Source: an uncultured archaeon
GTDB taxonomy: Archaea > Asgardarchaeota > Thorarchaeia > Thorarchaeales > Thorarchaeaceae
Direction of reading: 5' to 3'
DNA: 64,000 bases
Assembly: GCA_964458565.1 (NCBI GenBank)
Contig: CAYWJO010000013.1
Span: forward strand, 14,541-78,540
How positions within the stretch are numbered: the first letter of the stretch is position 1; every line of letters begins with the position of its first letter. Below are positions 1 to 9,733 of this stretch, piece by piece. Below the pieces are notes generated by a model. That model ran no database searches. It was not told the DNA's origin and saw nothing but the letters and a program-made list of their open reading frames with translations. The position numbers and the translations under genes are program-made.

Positions 1-2
1 AT

Positions 3-347
3 GATTTAGAGACTAAAATCCACAAAGTAGCAACTCAAATCTATGGATCTACAGATGTGGTTTATACAACTGGCGCAACTGGCAGAATTCGTTCACTTGA
101 AAAGAGAGGATATGGTAATCTTCCAATATGCATTGCGAAGACACAATTTAGTCTCAGTGACAATAAGGGACTGAGAGGTAGACCCTGTGAAGACGTTGCC
201 GAAGTTATGGGGGCTGATGTTAGTTACGGTGCAGGTTTTGTGGTTATATACATGGGTGAGATCAACCTGATGCCTGGTCTGCCCGAAGAGCCTAATGCAA
301 TGGAGATGGATGTAGATGAGGATGGTAACATCTCGGGAGTTTTCTAA
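3..347 (+). CDS. fhs: Formate--tetrahydrofolate ligase, C-terminal part (5' truncated by window edge)
   Basis: Frame open from position 3 (DLETKIHKVATQIYG...). LPICIAKTQFSLSD, GAGFVV and LMPGLP...A..MDVD..G.ISG are typical Fhs C-terminal motifs; adjacent to folD. Confidence 0.9.
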   Translation, partial: DLETKIHKVATQIYGSTDVVYTTGATGRIRSLEKRGYGNLPICIAKTQFSLSDNKGLRGRPCEDVAEVMGADVSYGAGFVVIYMGEINLMPGLPEEPNAMEMDVDEDGNISGVF

Positions 348-365
348 TGGTAGGAGTTTTATAAT

Positions 366-1244
366 TTGACTGAAGATAATTCTAAACCAATCTGTGAAGA
401 TCACGTCATTGATGGACGAAAACTCTCGAAGATAATCCGTGAACAAATCACCGCAGAAGTCGATACGCTCTCAAAGAAATACGGTGTCGCTCCAAAGCTG
501 GTTACAATCTTAGTAGGTGAGGATTCTGGATCTCAGATGTATGTTCGTATGAAACACAAAGCATCCAATAAAGCAGGTATTCTCTCTGAACATCACGACT
601 TGTCTGAAGACATCTCCCAAGAAGAACTTCTAGGACTAATACAGAAATTGAATGCGGATTCAACAGCGCATGGAATTCTTGTTCAACTTCCCTTACCCAA
701 GCAAATTGATGAAAAAACTATCATAAGCACGATATCTCCATTGAAAGACGTTGACGGCTTTTCTCCCACCAATGTCTATCGATTATTCTATGGCGGTGAA
801 GAACTCAGTGCGGCAACACCTCACGGTATTGTCACTATGTTAGATGCACTTGAAATAGATCTCACCGGAATGCATGCCGTCATCATAAATCGATCTACTA
901 TTGTTGGTAAACCCCTAATCATGTTACTTCTCAACCGAAATTGTACTGTTACTGTATGCCATTCACGTACTAGGGACATATCTAAATTCACACTTGATGC
1001 GGACATCTTAGTAACTGCAATCGGTCGTAGACAAACTGAGGATGATGCATTTTACATCACAGCTGATATGGTCAAAAAAGGAGCTATTATCATAGATGTT
1101 GCTACACCGCATGGAGATGTCGATTTCGAAGCAGTGAAGGAAAAGGTGATGTGTATCACTCCCGTACCAGGTGGGGTTGGGCCAATGACAATCACTATGC
1201 TGTTAAGGAATGTATTAGATGCATACAAGGCACAGGTGTCATAA
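366..1244 (+). CDS. folD: Bifunctional methylene-THF dehydrogenase/cyclohydrolase
   Basis: IDG..LS, S..YV..K, HGILVQLPLP, KDVDG, RSTIVGKP, TVTVCHS and TPVPGGVGPMT motifs. Confidence 0.95.
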   Translation: MTEDNSKPICEDHVIDGRKLSKIIREQITAEVDTLSKKYGVAPKLVTILVGEDSGSQMYVRMKHKASNKAGILSEHHDLSEDISQEELLGLIQKLNADSTAHGILVQLPLPKQIDEKTIISTISPLKDVDGFSPTNVYRLFYGGEELSAATPHGIVTMLDALEIDLTGMHAVIINRSTIVGKPLIMLLLNRNCTVTVCHSRTRDISKFTLDADILVTAIGRRQTEDDAFYITADMVKKGAIIIDVATPHGDVDFEAVKEKVMCITPVPGGVGPMTITMLLRNVLDAYKAQVS

Positions 1245-1263
1245 CTATCCTAGTGCATCCAAA

Positions 1264-1497
1264 ATGGAAGAAGAACCTCGTATTGCTCTTGCTAAAGATT
1301 ACAGTCTATCATGCAGTGATACCTGTTGTTTTTGGCTTATCGCATTCTTTTCAATTCTCATGGTTGCATTTGCGTTTTTAGGTCGCATTGAACCACTCCT
1401 CTTGATTCTTGAGATGACCGCGATGGGTGGAGCAGTGCTCGTTCTAGCAATGAAAATCATACGAAACTCCCCACTAAGACGCATACCAGGTGAGTAA
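1264..1497 (+). CDS. Small two-TM membrane protein (77 aa from ATG 1264)
   Basis: Fills the folD-ftcD gap on the same strand; two hydrophobic segments preceded by CSDTCC. Confidence 0.5.
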   Translation: MEEEPRIALAKDYSLSCSDTCCFWLIAFFSILMVAFAFLGRIEPLLLILEMTAMGGAVLVLAMKIIRNSPLRRIPGE

Positions 1498-1565
1498 TCG
1501 TGATATAGTGTCCTTGCCCAAACCCTTTTTTGCATAGTAATACGGAACCCGCCTTGGTGACTCAC

Positions 1566-3128
1566 ATGAAGATTGTTGAGTGCGTGCCCAACTTTTCCGA
1601 GGGACGTCGAAAGGATGTCATTGATGCCCTAGCTGAAGCCATCAAAAGTGTAGAAGGTATCAGATTACTAGATGTTGAATTTGATCCAGATCACAATAGG
1701 TCTGTGTTTACATTCATCGGGGAACCACAGAAGGTTAAAGAAGCTGCCTTAAAGGCTGCAGAGCTAGCTGTTGACCTGATTGATCTCACAAAACACAAAG
1801 GGCAACATCCTAGAATGGGTGCTGTTGATGTGGTTCCATTCATCCCTCTACATGGAACAACAATTGGTGAATGTATTGAACTGTCCAAGCAATTCGCTGA
1901 CGAATTCGCAAACGGTAAGAAGGTGCCAGTCTATCTGTACGCAAAGTCCGCTACAAGACCTGAACGTGTAGACTTACCAAATATCCGAGAGGGTGAATTC
2001 GAAGGTCTCAAGGAACAGATTGGTGTCGACCCTGCGAAGACTCCTGATTTTGGTCCGGAAACAATTCATCCAACAGCTGGAGCAACTGCTACAGGGGCAC
2101 GTAATTTCCTAATTGCAATTAACTTCAACCTCAGTACGACCGATGTGAAAGTGGCAAAAGTGTGCGCTGATGCTGTTAGGGCGACTACTGGCGGATTTGT
2201 GAATGTTCAAGGAATTGGGCTCGAACTTCCAGATAAGAACTGCGCTCAGGTATCTCTCAATCTGACACACCCGAGGAGAACCAAAATACATCAGGTCCTA
2301 GAGGTAGTCAAGAACGAGGCACGACGATTTGGAGCTACCGTTATTGAGACCGAGATTGTAGGCATGGTTCCATTATTCGCGCTCCTTGATGCTCTCAAAT
2401 ACTATTTACAACCTGAGAAACTCGACGAGAGTATGATCCTTGACCTGTACTATTTAGGTGGTGCAGAGGATCCAACTGAGAAGACATTCACAGAGATGTC
2501 TGTTCTTGAGTTTGGAGATCAGATTCGGAGAGCACGAGCCACACCTGGTGGTGGAAGTGTAGCAGCTGCGTTGGGCTCTTATGGTGCAGCTTTAATCTGC
2601 ATGGTAACAGGTCTCTCACTCTCGGGACGTCGCTTTGCTGCAATTAAAGATGAGATGGTTGGGCTTCGCCATGCCTGCGAAAACGATAGAGGAATCCTCA
2701 TGGATTTAATTGAACGTGATTCCACTGCATTTGATGAAGTTATGGCTCTTTTCAAATTACCTGAAGAAACTGACGCAGAGAAGAAGACGAAAGACGAAGC
2801 AATTGAGATTGCGACGATAAAAGCAGCATCCGTTCCATTAGAAACAATGCGCTATTCATTCAATGCACTGACTCATGCAAGACCTGCAGCTGAGAAGGGC
2901 AATGCCAATACGATAACAGACGCTGGCGTTGCAACACATGCATTAATGGCTGCTATGGAGGGTGCGGCTCTTAATGTTCGAATCAATCTTGGCAATATAA
3001 AATCAAAAAGTTTCGTTGAGACGACTGCTGCAGAGGTTGATACTCTACTCAAAGATGGGAGAAAACTCAAAGAGGAAATCCTTGAAATTGTCGAACGAAG
3101 AATGAAAGAGATTGCTAGCAAAGACTGA
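1566..3128 (+). CDS. ftcD: Fused glutamate formiminotransferase / formimino-THF cyclodeaminase
   Basis: ECVPNFSEGR, DHNRSV, H.GQHPRMGA.DV.PF and HPTAGA (transferase); TPGGGS.AA and A.LNV.INL (cyclodeaminase). ATG at 1566 follows GGTGA. Confidence 0.93.
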   Translation: MKIVECVPNFSEGRRKDVIDALAEAIKSVEGIRLLDVEFDPDHNRSVFTFIGEPQKVKEAALKAAELAVDLIDLTKHKGQHPRMGAVDVVPFIPLHGTTIGECIELSKQFADEFANGKKVPVYLYAKSATRPERVDLPNIREGEFEGLKEQIGVDPAKTPDFGPETIHPTAGATATGARNFLIAINFNLSTTDVKVAKVCADAVRATTGGFVNVQGIGLELPDKNCAQVSLNLTHPRRTKIHQVLEVVKNEARRFGATVIETEIVGMVPLFALLDALKYYLQPEKLDESMILDLYYLGGAEDPTEKTFTEMSVLEFGDQIRRARATPGGGSVAAALGSYGAALICMVTGLSLSGRRFAAIKDEMVGLRHACENDRGILMDLIERDSTAFDEVMALFKLPEETDAEKKTKDEAIEIATIKAASVPLETMRYSFNALTHARPAAEKGNANTITDAGVATHALMAAMEGAALNVRINLGNIKSKSFVETTAAEVDTLLKDGRKLKEEILEIVERRMKEIASKD

Positions 3129-3129
3129 T

Positions 3130-4218
3130 TCACTTTTTGATTTCAGATAGAGTTGCTCTTCTTCCCCTATCCACAATATATGCTGTCCCACCAGCACGGA
3201 CTATTGCTGATGCCACTTCTCTCTCCCAGCCATTGCAATAAGCCATCATCGTACCTCCCCTACCGCTTCCATTGATCTTGCACCCCAAGGCTCCCCCTTG
3301 ATATGCGGCCTCAATCATTCTCTCAATCTTGGGAGTTGACCTGTTTAGCCCGTCTCTGAGAATTTCGTGATGCTCCTTCAAAGCCGCTCCTACCTGCTTG
3401 GGGTCTATCTTTTCCTTGCTTAACAGATTATGTGCACGACTAGTGAGATCTCTGATCCTTAGTGTTGCTTCAGCCATTTTCCTATTCTTATCCGGTCTGT
3501 TTCTCTGAAGACTATACACCTCATTGAGTGGTGTAGTTCTCCTATCAAAGGATTTGATTTTCCATGATATCTTTTGATACTCCGCCTCTACAGTGGTCTT
3601 GATATATCTAATATCTCCCACAGTGTCTTCCTTTTTCTCACCTGAATCGCCAATGACTAATTTTCCTAATTTTGCTGGGAGTTTCGTCACCCGATAATCG
3701 TTTCCCAAATCCAAGTGTATAATACCGCCATATGCTGACGCAAAGTGGTCTTGCATACCCCCACTTTCTCCAAATTCAACTACTTCCACTTTGTGTGCCA
3801 TTCTAACTAATTGCTCTCTCGAGAGTTGCTTACCTGCGGCATATGCAGCCGTCATGACTGCTGCTATAGATAATGCGGATGAGCTTGAGAGCCCGCCTGC
3901 AATTGGTATATCCCCCTTAACTATCAAATCAAATCCACAATTTATTCGGATCCCTTCTCTAGCAATTACATTGAAGGCGCTTCGCATGTAGTCTCGATTA
4001 TTTCTGTATTGAATTAGTTTCTTCAGCGTGAATTCATCTGTTTCATTCAGATCTTGATAGTCCACAGTGACAATAGAATCATCTCTGGGATGTGCTATTA
4101 TCTCGATATTCAGGTCGATGGCTGCTGGAATCACATCTAACCCTATGTAATCACTATGCTCCCCGAAGAGACAGATTCGCCCCGGAGCACGAACATGGAA
4201 TGGTTTCATCACACACAC
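3130..4218 (-). CDS. GHMP family sugar kinase (galactokinase-like)
   Basis: APGRICLFGEHSDY, P..GGLSSSSA, G.QD and GALGCKINGSG.GG motifs. Confidence 0.85.
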   Translation of the reverse strand: MCVMKPFHVRAPGRICLFGEHSDYIGLDVIPAAIDLNIEIIAHPRDDSIVTVDYQDLNETDEFTLKKLIQYRNNRDYMRSAFNVIAREGIRINCGFDLIVKGDIPIAGGLSSSSALSIAAVMTAAYAAGKQLSREQLVRMAHKVEVVEFGESGGMQDHFASAYGGIIHLDLGNDYRVTKLPAKLGKLVIGDSGEKKEDTVGDIRYIKTTVEAEYQKISWKIKSFDRRTTPLNEVYSLQRNRPDKNRKMAEATLRIRDLTSRAHNLLSKEKIDPKQVGAALKEHHEILRDGLNRSTPKIERMIEAAYQGGALGCKINGSGRGGTMMAYCNGWEREVASAIVRAGGTAYIVDRGRRATLSEIKK

Positions 4219-4266
4219 CTGAATTGAGGAATCACATGAATAAACCCTACTCTGCGTGTTAAGTTG

Positions 4267-5364
4267 TTATTTGTCACCAATTGCCATCTTGATTGCAGTG
4301 TTGAGGTCTTCTGGTGTGATGCCTGGTGATTCAACAGGAATCTCTCTATACAATTCTTGCAGTTTTTGGAGTAAATCATTTCCAGTTGTCTTCGTTCCAA
4401 TCAGACCCTTTTCTAATTTGGTTATTGCATCATATGGTAGCATGAAATAGTCACCACTAATGATAATCTCATTGAGTCGATCCTCTACATCTTCTATCGT
4501 GATTCGTATTAGCCCACCGACTGCCTTGTAATTCGAAGTTCCTATTGTACTTGTAGCTGACAATCTCACAACACGTGCGTCAAGTCGACCTCCACTTCTC
4601 CAGTGAAGCCATTCATCGGAGAGGTATTTGGGCTCTAACTCTCGCATTCTATCCTTTTCCCATTTTGTTAGTTCTCCCCGTTCGAACTCAACATCCATAG
4701 CCCTTCTAAATTGATTCAGGAGGTCCATTTTGACTTCTTCACGATCTGGGAGTTCACCTTTCTCGAGAAGAATTGTTGACATTCTCTGTCTGAGACCCTG
4801 TGCAACTTTGTCTCTGAACTTCTCATCCGGTACCTTAAGCACTCTCACCATCATGTCGAAATTGAAGTCGAAGATTATATTCCCAGTTAAGATTCTCGCA
4901 TCACCGACATCTCCCGCACCATTTCCAGAAATTTTCTTCCCGGCCAATGTCTGAATATCATTCACAGGTCTGAAGTACGCATCGATTCCAAGATTCCGAT
5001 AAGCCTGTACAGGTGCATCTAGGAATTTCTTGTAATATGCATCAATGCTCTTTGGTGTTGTCGGACTATCAATTCTTCCTATTAACTGATAGAACATCTG
5101 TCCCTCATCGAGGTATACGCCCCCGCCACCAATTACACGACGAGTTACGAAAATATCATTATTTCGACAGAACTCCAAGTCTATATCCTTCTCAATTTCC
5201 TGGAAGTAACCAAGACTCACTAATGGCTTCGCAGGCCAACAGATAATTAGTGTATTCTCTGATTCTCCCTCAGTGATTCCTTGGGCAATCATATCGTATA
5301 TCATCTGGGTTTCGAGAGGTGGTATTGGTCCAAGGTCCAATAATCTCCATGTTTCTAGAGGCAT
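4267..5364 (-). CDS. lplA: Lipoate--protein ligase A family
   Basis: RR..GGG.VY.D, NDI, KKISGNG motifs and a C-terminal I.I.GDYF domain. Confidence 0.85.
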   Translation of the reverse strand: MPLETWRLLDLGPIPPLETQMIYDMIAQGITEGESENTLIICWPAKPLVSLGYFQEIEKDIDLEFCRNNDIFVTRRVIGGGGVYLDEGQMFYQLIGRIDSPTTPKSIDAYYKKFLDAPVQAYRNLGIDAYFRPVNDIQTLAGKKISGNGAGDVGDARILTGNIIFDFNFDMMVRVLKVPDEKFRDKVAQGLRQRMSTILLEKGELPDREEVKMDLLNQFRRAMDVEFERGELTKWEKDRMRELEPKYLSDEWLHWRSGGRLDARVVRLSATSTIGTSNYKAVGGLIRITIEDVEDRLNEIIISGDYFMLPYDAITKLEKGLIGTKTTGNDLLQKLQELYREIPVESPGITPEDLNTAIKMAIGDK

Positions 5365-5461
5365 AACTTGGGGCCTATTAGAACTCGTAATAAGGATAAC
5401 TACTGCTGGGCATCAAAGCTCCACGATGCTAAGGATTAAATCATTACATCATTCGGTTCAT

Positions 5462-6235
5462 GTGATTTCATTGATTCAAGCTAGAGAACTCACAAGAAGG
5501 TTCAGCGCTTTTACCGCAGTTGACAAACTCACCTTTGATGCACCCTCTGGAGAGATTTATGGGCTCCTCGGTCCAAATGGATCAGGCAAATCCACGACTA
5601 TGCGAATGCTTCTCGGTCTGCTCAAACCCTCCTCCGGAACTGCAAGAATTTGGGGGTATGATATTCAGAAGGATTCTATAGAAGCAAAAAGACTCATAGG
5701 CTTCGTTCCTGAGGAAGCCATCCTGCCTGAATCACTGACTGGCTGGGAGTATATCAATTATGTCAGTGATATCTGGCGTATTCCTCGTGGACCCGAGCGT
5801 GATGGTGAGGTTGATGAACTTCTTGAGCTTCTTGATATTAAAGATGCCAGTGATGATTTGATTGAAACTTACTCAAAAGGGATGTCCAGAAAGATTTCGC
5901 TCGTTGCAGCACTTATTCACAAACCTAGGGTCCTGATTTTAGATGAGATGCAAGCTGGAATTGATCCAAAGGGGGCTGCAACAATTAAGGAGATTATAAC
6001 GGGGTTGTGTGCACGTGGTGTTGCAGTCTTGATGTCTACTCATGTGCTTGAAATTGCTGAATCAATGTGTGATAAAATTGGAATAATCAATGAAGGAAAG
6101 CTGGTTGCAGAAGGCACAATGAACGAACTCCGTAAACAAGCCAAGGGCGAATCCTCTCTGGAGGAGATTTTCCTCGATCTTACTGGTGGTCCAGATATGA
6201 AACGGATTGCTGAGTTTTTGGGTGAGATTAATTGA
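5462..6235 (+). CDS. ABC transporter ATP-binding protein (start re-called to GTG 5462)
   Basis: GPNGSGKST, YSKGM, ILDE and STH motifs; the longer ORF start overlaps the divergent lplA. Confidence 0.9.
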   Translation: MISLIQARELTRRFSAFTAVDKLTFDAPSGEIYGLLGPNGSGKSTTMRMLLGLLKPSSGTARIWGYDIQKDSIEAKRLIGFVPEEAILPESLTGWEYINYVSDIWRIPRGPERDGEVDELLELLDIKDASDDLIETYSKGMSRKISLVAALIHKPRVLILDEMQAGIDPKGAATIKEIITGLCARGVAVLMSTHVLEIAESMCDKIGIINEGKLVAEGTMNELRKQAKGESSLEEIFLDLTGGPDMKRIAEFLGEIN

Positions 6236-7950
6236 CATTAGCAGACCTTCTCATTCTTCTTCGTCTTGATTTGCGACAGAGCTATAGAGTTACAGGCGCT
6301 AAAGGAAGCAGGACCACCCAGAAATCAACTCTCCGCCGTCTGTTACCGGTTCTTCTTGTCGTGGTGGTTGCCTCTATCATCATTTGGTTTATCGTAAGTA
6401 TTGCACCTCCATTCTGGGCTGACATCGAAAACATAATTCTCAATGATCCCGGTCTTGGTGCAACTATCTTCAACGCCATTCTTCTTTTTGGATTACTAGG
6501 GTCTCTTATGATAAGTGCTACAACTGTAGGAAATAGCCAGAGAATGGAATATGTTATGGTCATGCCATTATCTCTGACCACCCTCTTTCTTGAGAAGATG
6601 ATTATCATTGTGCTTTATAGTTCACTTCTTTGGATGGTCATCGGAGTGCCTATTTTCATTGGTTTGAGCATCGTATCGCCTGCTACTTTTGCATTTCTCT
6701 CAGTACCTGTCTTTGCACTCACACTCCTCACACTCACCTGCATCGGAGTTTCATTTGGTGGACTTTTGGGATTGATTGGTGCACGACTTGTTGCTGGGCG
6801 CCGTGTCTTGAAACAGGTAGGATACGCTCTATTCACATCTGTGGCTATTATTGCCAGCTCATTGTGGTACCTCTCGATTTATCTGGGAGGTGATGAAGGA
6901 GGATTCTTCTTCGACATTTTCTTTGAAATTGCTGCCGCTCTTGGTTTCACTTCTAATATCACTCCTGGTTATGTCGCAAGTGCAATCTCCCTGAATCTAG
7001 TCATAGGTGCACCAGTAGCATTAGAATCAATTATTGTTCTTTTAGTGATGACCCTTGCTGCGGGTCTTCTTCTCTATGGAAATGCTAAAGTCAGCGAACG
7101 AGCTCATTATAGCGGCTGGTTAACCTCTGGATCAAAAAGGTCCTCAATTAAAGAAATTAAAATCCAGCATGGTTCGTGGGATCCAAATCCAATTCCATGG
7201 ATACGTCTCAACACAACGATCACTGCATCCATTTGGTATAATACTGCCAACATACGAAGAGAGGCTAGAGTTTTTACACAATATCTTCTTGGTCCATTAC
7301 GATTTGCGATATGGATAATATTCCCTCTTCTCGCAGGAGTAGGCGAATTTGGATTCATAACGCCGCTGCTTCTCATTGCAGTTTTGATACCCTTTGCAAC
7401 CTCCTATGGAGTGTATTTCGCAGGGTATGAAACCGTCTATGAAGGTAAGAATCTGATGAATTTACAGCTCGCAGGGGCCAATATGGTCGACTACATCAAA
7501 GGTAAAGCTATCAGTGCAGTACCATTTTCTGTAGGAGCTGCTGCAGTTGTATCTATCATTTTTATGCTATTCACTAGCATATCTGAGTGGATATTTGTTC
7601 CACTCATACTAATCTCAGCAGCAGCTACAACACTTGCATCCGGTGCAATAGCTGCAAATGCAGCATCACTAGGTGGAGATTTTAAAGCAAATCGTATGTT
7701 TGTGCGCCAGAGAGGTGCCTCTGTTCAGATGCCAATTAGGGGGTGGTCAATAATAAGAGCACAGCTATTGCCTAATGTTATCGCATACATTGGAATTTTC
7801 GCTATGCTTATAGTTGGCATCTTCATGGGCTTTTTCTATTCATACATAGGCTTGTTCTTATATGTTCTAATCTGCTTCTCACTATACAGAAGTTATTCAT
7901 CAAGTGCAGGTAGAAATTTGATGAATATTGAAGCCACTGATTATCTCTAA
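6232..7950 (+). CDS. Multi-TM ABC exporter permease
   Basis: About 12-13 hydrophobic segments; start overlaps the end of the ATPase gene. Confidence 0.75.
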   Translation: MTLADLLILLRLDLRQSYRVTGAKGSRTTQKSTLRRLLPVLLVVVVASIIIWFIVSIAPPFWADIENIILNDPGLGATIFNAILLFGLLGSLMISATTVGNSQRMEYVMVMPLSLTTLFLEKMIIIVLYSSLLWMVIGVPIFIGLSIVSPATFAFLSVPVFALTLLTLTCIGVSFGGLLGLIGARLVAGRRVLKQVGYALFTSVAIIASSLWYLSIYLGGDEGGFFFDIFFEIAAALGFTSNITPGYVASAISLNLVIGAPVALESIIVLLVMTLAAGLLLYGNAKVSERAHYSGWLTSGSKRSSIKEIKIQHGSWDPNPIPWIRLNTTITASIWYNTANIRREARVFTQYLLGPLRFAIWIIFPLLAGVGEFGFITPLLLIAVLIPFATSYGVYFAGYETVYEGKNLMNLQLAGANMVDYIKGKAISAVPFSVGAAAVVSIIFMLFTSISEWIFVPLILISAAATTLASGAIAANAASLGGDFKANRMFVRQRGASVQMPIRGWSIIRAQLLPNVIAYIGIFAMLIVGIFMGFFYSYIGLFLYVLICFSLYRSYSSSAGRNLMNIEATDYL

Positions 7951-7953
7951 ATC

Positions 7954-8667
7954 CTAGTATTCAGCAATCACTTTTGCATACGGTAAAGTTATGTCAGTAT
8001 CAAAGTAGAGTCCTATCATCGGAGTTTCTATTTCAATAAGCGTGAAATCATCATTGGGTCCACTGGTAATCTCTATCTGTACATCTCCTGAACGCCCCTT
8101 CTTTATTTTATAGTCAAGATATGCTGCAGTAATCTGAGATATATCGTGTTCTCCTCCTTTTGAACTCGGGATCATTTTGACGTTTATATTAGGACCTGAA
8201 TCTATCCATTCTCCTTCATCATCAAGAGTGCAGGTCGCTTTCAATAAAGTATGACCTTCACGGATTGTCGTAGCTGTTAATGTATCACCGTTCCACTCCA
8301 TAGATGTCTTTGCTTTCTTTCTAGGGTAACCCCAAATCTCTCTTCCTGCCGCAATTGAGGTATCTGTATCTGAATAGGCATGAGCAAAATATACACCGAC
8401 CTCCTCCTCCTTGGTTTCTGGGTTATCAAACATACATTGGACAAGAATAGCTGATTCAAAGAACGCCCCGGTTTCCTTGCATGGTTGTTCCCCGAAGAGT
8501 ACTCCTGCAAGAGGCATGGATGGAGGCCTGAGTGGTTCTGGTAGCATCTTTTCAATGCTCCCTTCTGGTGGATTAAAGAGGGCAAGTAGGATCTTAGCAC
8601 CAACATAGTGATAGGGTGGTGCAGGATACAATGGACTATTCAACGGAGTACTAAATATCCCGCTCAT
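7954..8667 (-). CDS. Acetoacetate decarboxylase-like family protein
   Basis: PLYPAPPYHY, LPEPL and AGREIWGYP.K motifs. Confidence 0.85.
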   Translation of the reverse strand: MSGIFSTPLNSPLYPAPPYHYVGAKILLALFNPPEGSIEKMLPEPLRPPSMPLAGVLFGEQPCKETGAFFESAILVQCMFDNPETKEEEVGVYFAHAYSDTDTSIAAGREIWGYPRKKAKTSMEWNGDTLTATTIREGHTLLKATCTLDDEGEWIDSGPNINVKMIPSSKGGEHDISQITAAYLDYKIKKGRSGDVQIEITSGPNDDFTLIEIETPMIGLYFDTDITLPYAKVIAEY

Positions 8668-8777
8668 TTCTCATCAGCAATTCATTGGTACTATCCATGT
8701 ATTGAATCTGTCGAGTATGCGATGTATGTGTACGCGGAATTCAATTTAACGCTCGTAGGATAAGATGACCTATGAAT

Positions 8778-9668
8778 TCAGAGATTCATTCGTTTGAAAA
8801 TCCATGGCCAAACAACAACTCCGACGATGACTAATATTACATAGCGAAGTGTTCTCAACCATACTATCTCAGAGGGGAGAAGGAAATCAAGAGAAAGTAC
8901 AATTATCAGTCCCACAATTATGATGAGTCCAATCACTACTCTAATGACAAGACGCCATTTTTGACCATTGTACGAATCGACACTGAAATTGACATATCTT
9001 TTTTCAAGAGGCAAACTGATGGCTAAACCTATCAATAGTCCACCATACACTCCAAAATTATCATTATCTGGAATTGTTTCAGGGGGAAACAATATCGTGG
9101 TCAGAATTGTGGTGAGTAAACCAAACACAAAGAGACCTCCATAGAGAACTAGGTCACTCTTCTGCGAGATGGCATTAGCTATCTTTGGTTCAAGAAAGTG
9201 GATTGATACTATTATGAGAATACCAATTCCCCATCCCAGAAGTACATCCTCAAGATAATGAACTCCCAAAACCACACGAGAAATCCCAATCAAGGTAGCT
9301 AACACTGCTGCAATTATTATTGCGTAGAACTTCTTTACTTTCAGCCCAATCCAGCCAAAGAGAGAAGTTGAGTTTTGAGCGTGACCACTCGGTGTGCTAT
9401 AGTTTACATCTGAATATCCTTGATATCCATAACTTGCGTCTGGTCTTGGATTCGCAATGATTACTTTCAACCAGTAGTTGATTATTAGAGAAGTGATCAA
9501 CACAAATCCAGTTATTATAGTCTCTCTCTTCTTGAATGCCCAAAATCCAGATAGAACCAGACCGATGAAGAATAATTCCGAACCTAATTCAGTAATCATT
9601 CTAAAAAAAGGAGCTGCCCATCCTAGGACATCCTGAATATACTCAACAACTCCAATATCAAATTGCAT
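8778..9668 (-). CDS. PAP2-family membrane phosphatase
   Basis: K......RP, PSGH and SR..LGVH...D motifs; multiple TM segments. Confidence 0.9.
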   Translation of the reverse strand: MQFDIGVVEYIQDVLGWAAPFFRMITELGSELFFIGLVLSGFWAFKKRETIITGFVLITSLIINYWLKVIIANPRPDASYGYQGYSDVNYSTPSGHAQNSTSLFGWIGLKVKKFYAIIIAAVLATLIGISRVVLGVHYLEDVLLGWGIGILIIVSIHFLEPKIANAISQKSDLVLYGGLFVFGLLTTILTTILFPPETIPDNDNFGVYGGLLIGLAISLPLEKRYVNFSVDSYNGQKWRLVIRVVIGLIIIVGLIIVLSLDFLLPSEIVWLRTLRYVILVIVGVVVWPWIFKRMNL

Positions 9669-9733
9669 GTATCGTTCTCCTCTATCTATTTCAGAGAATT
9701 CCTAAGCTCATCACAAGAGAAAAACATTATGAG

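Noticed and set aside
5273-5461. N-terminal extension of the ABC ATPase in the ORF track
   Set aside because: Overlaps the divergent lplA start; the ABC fold begins at about 5462.
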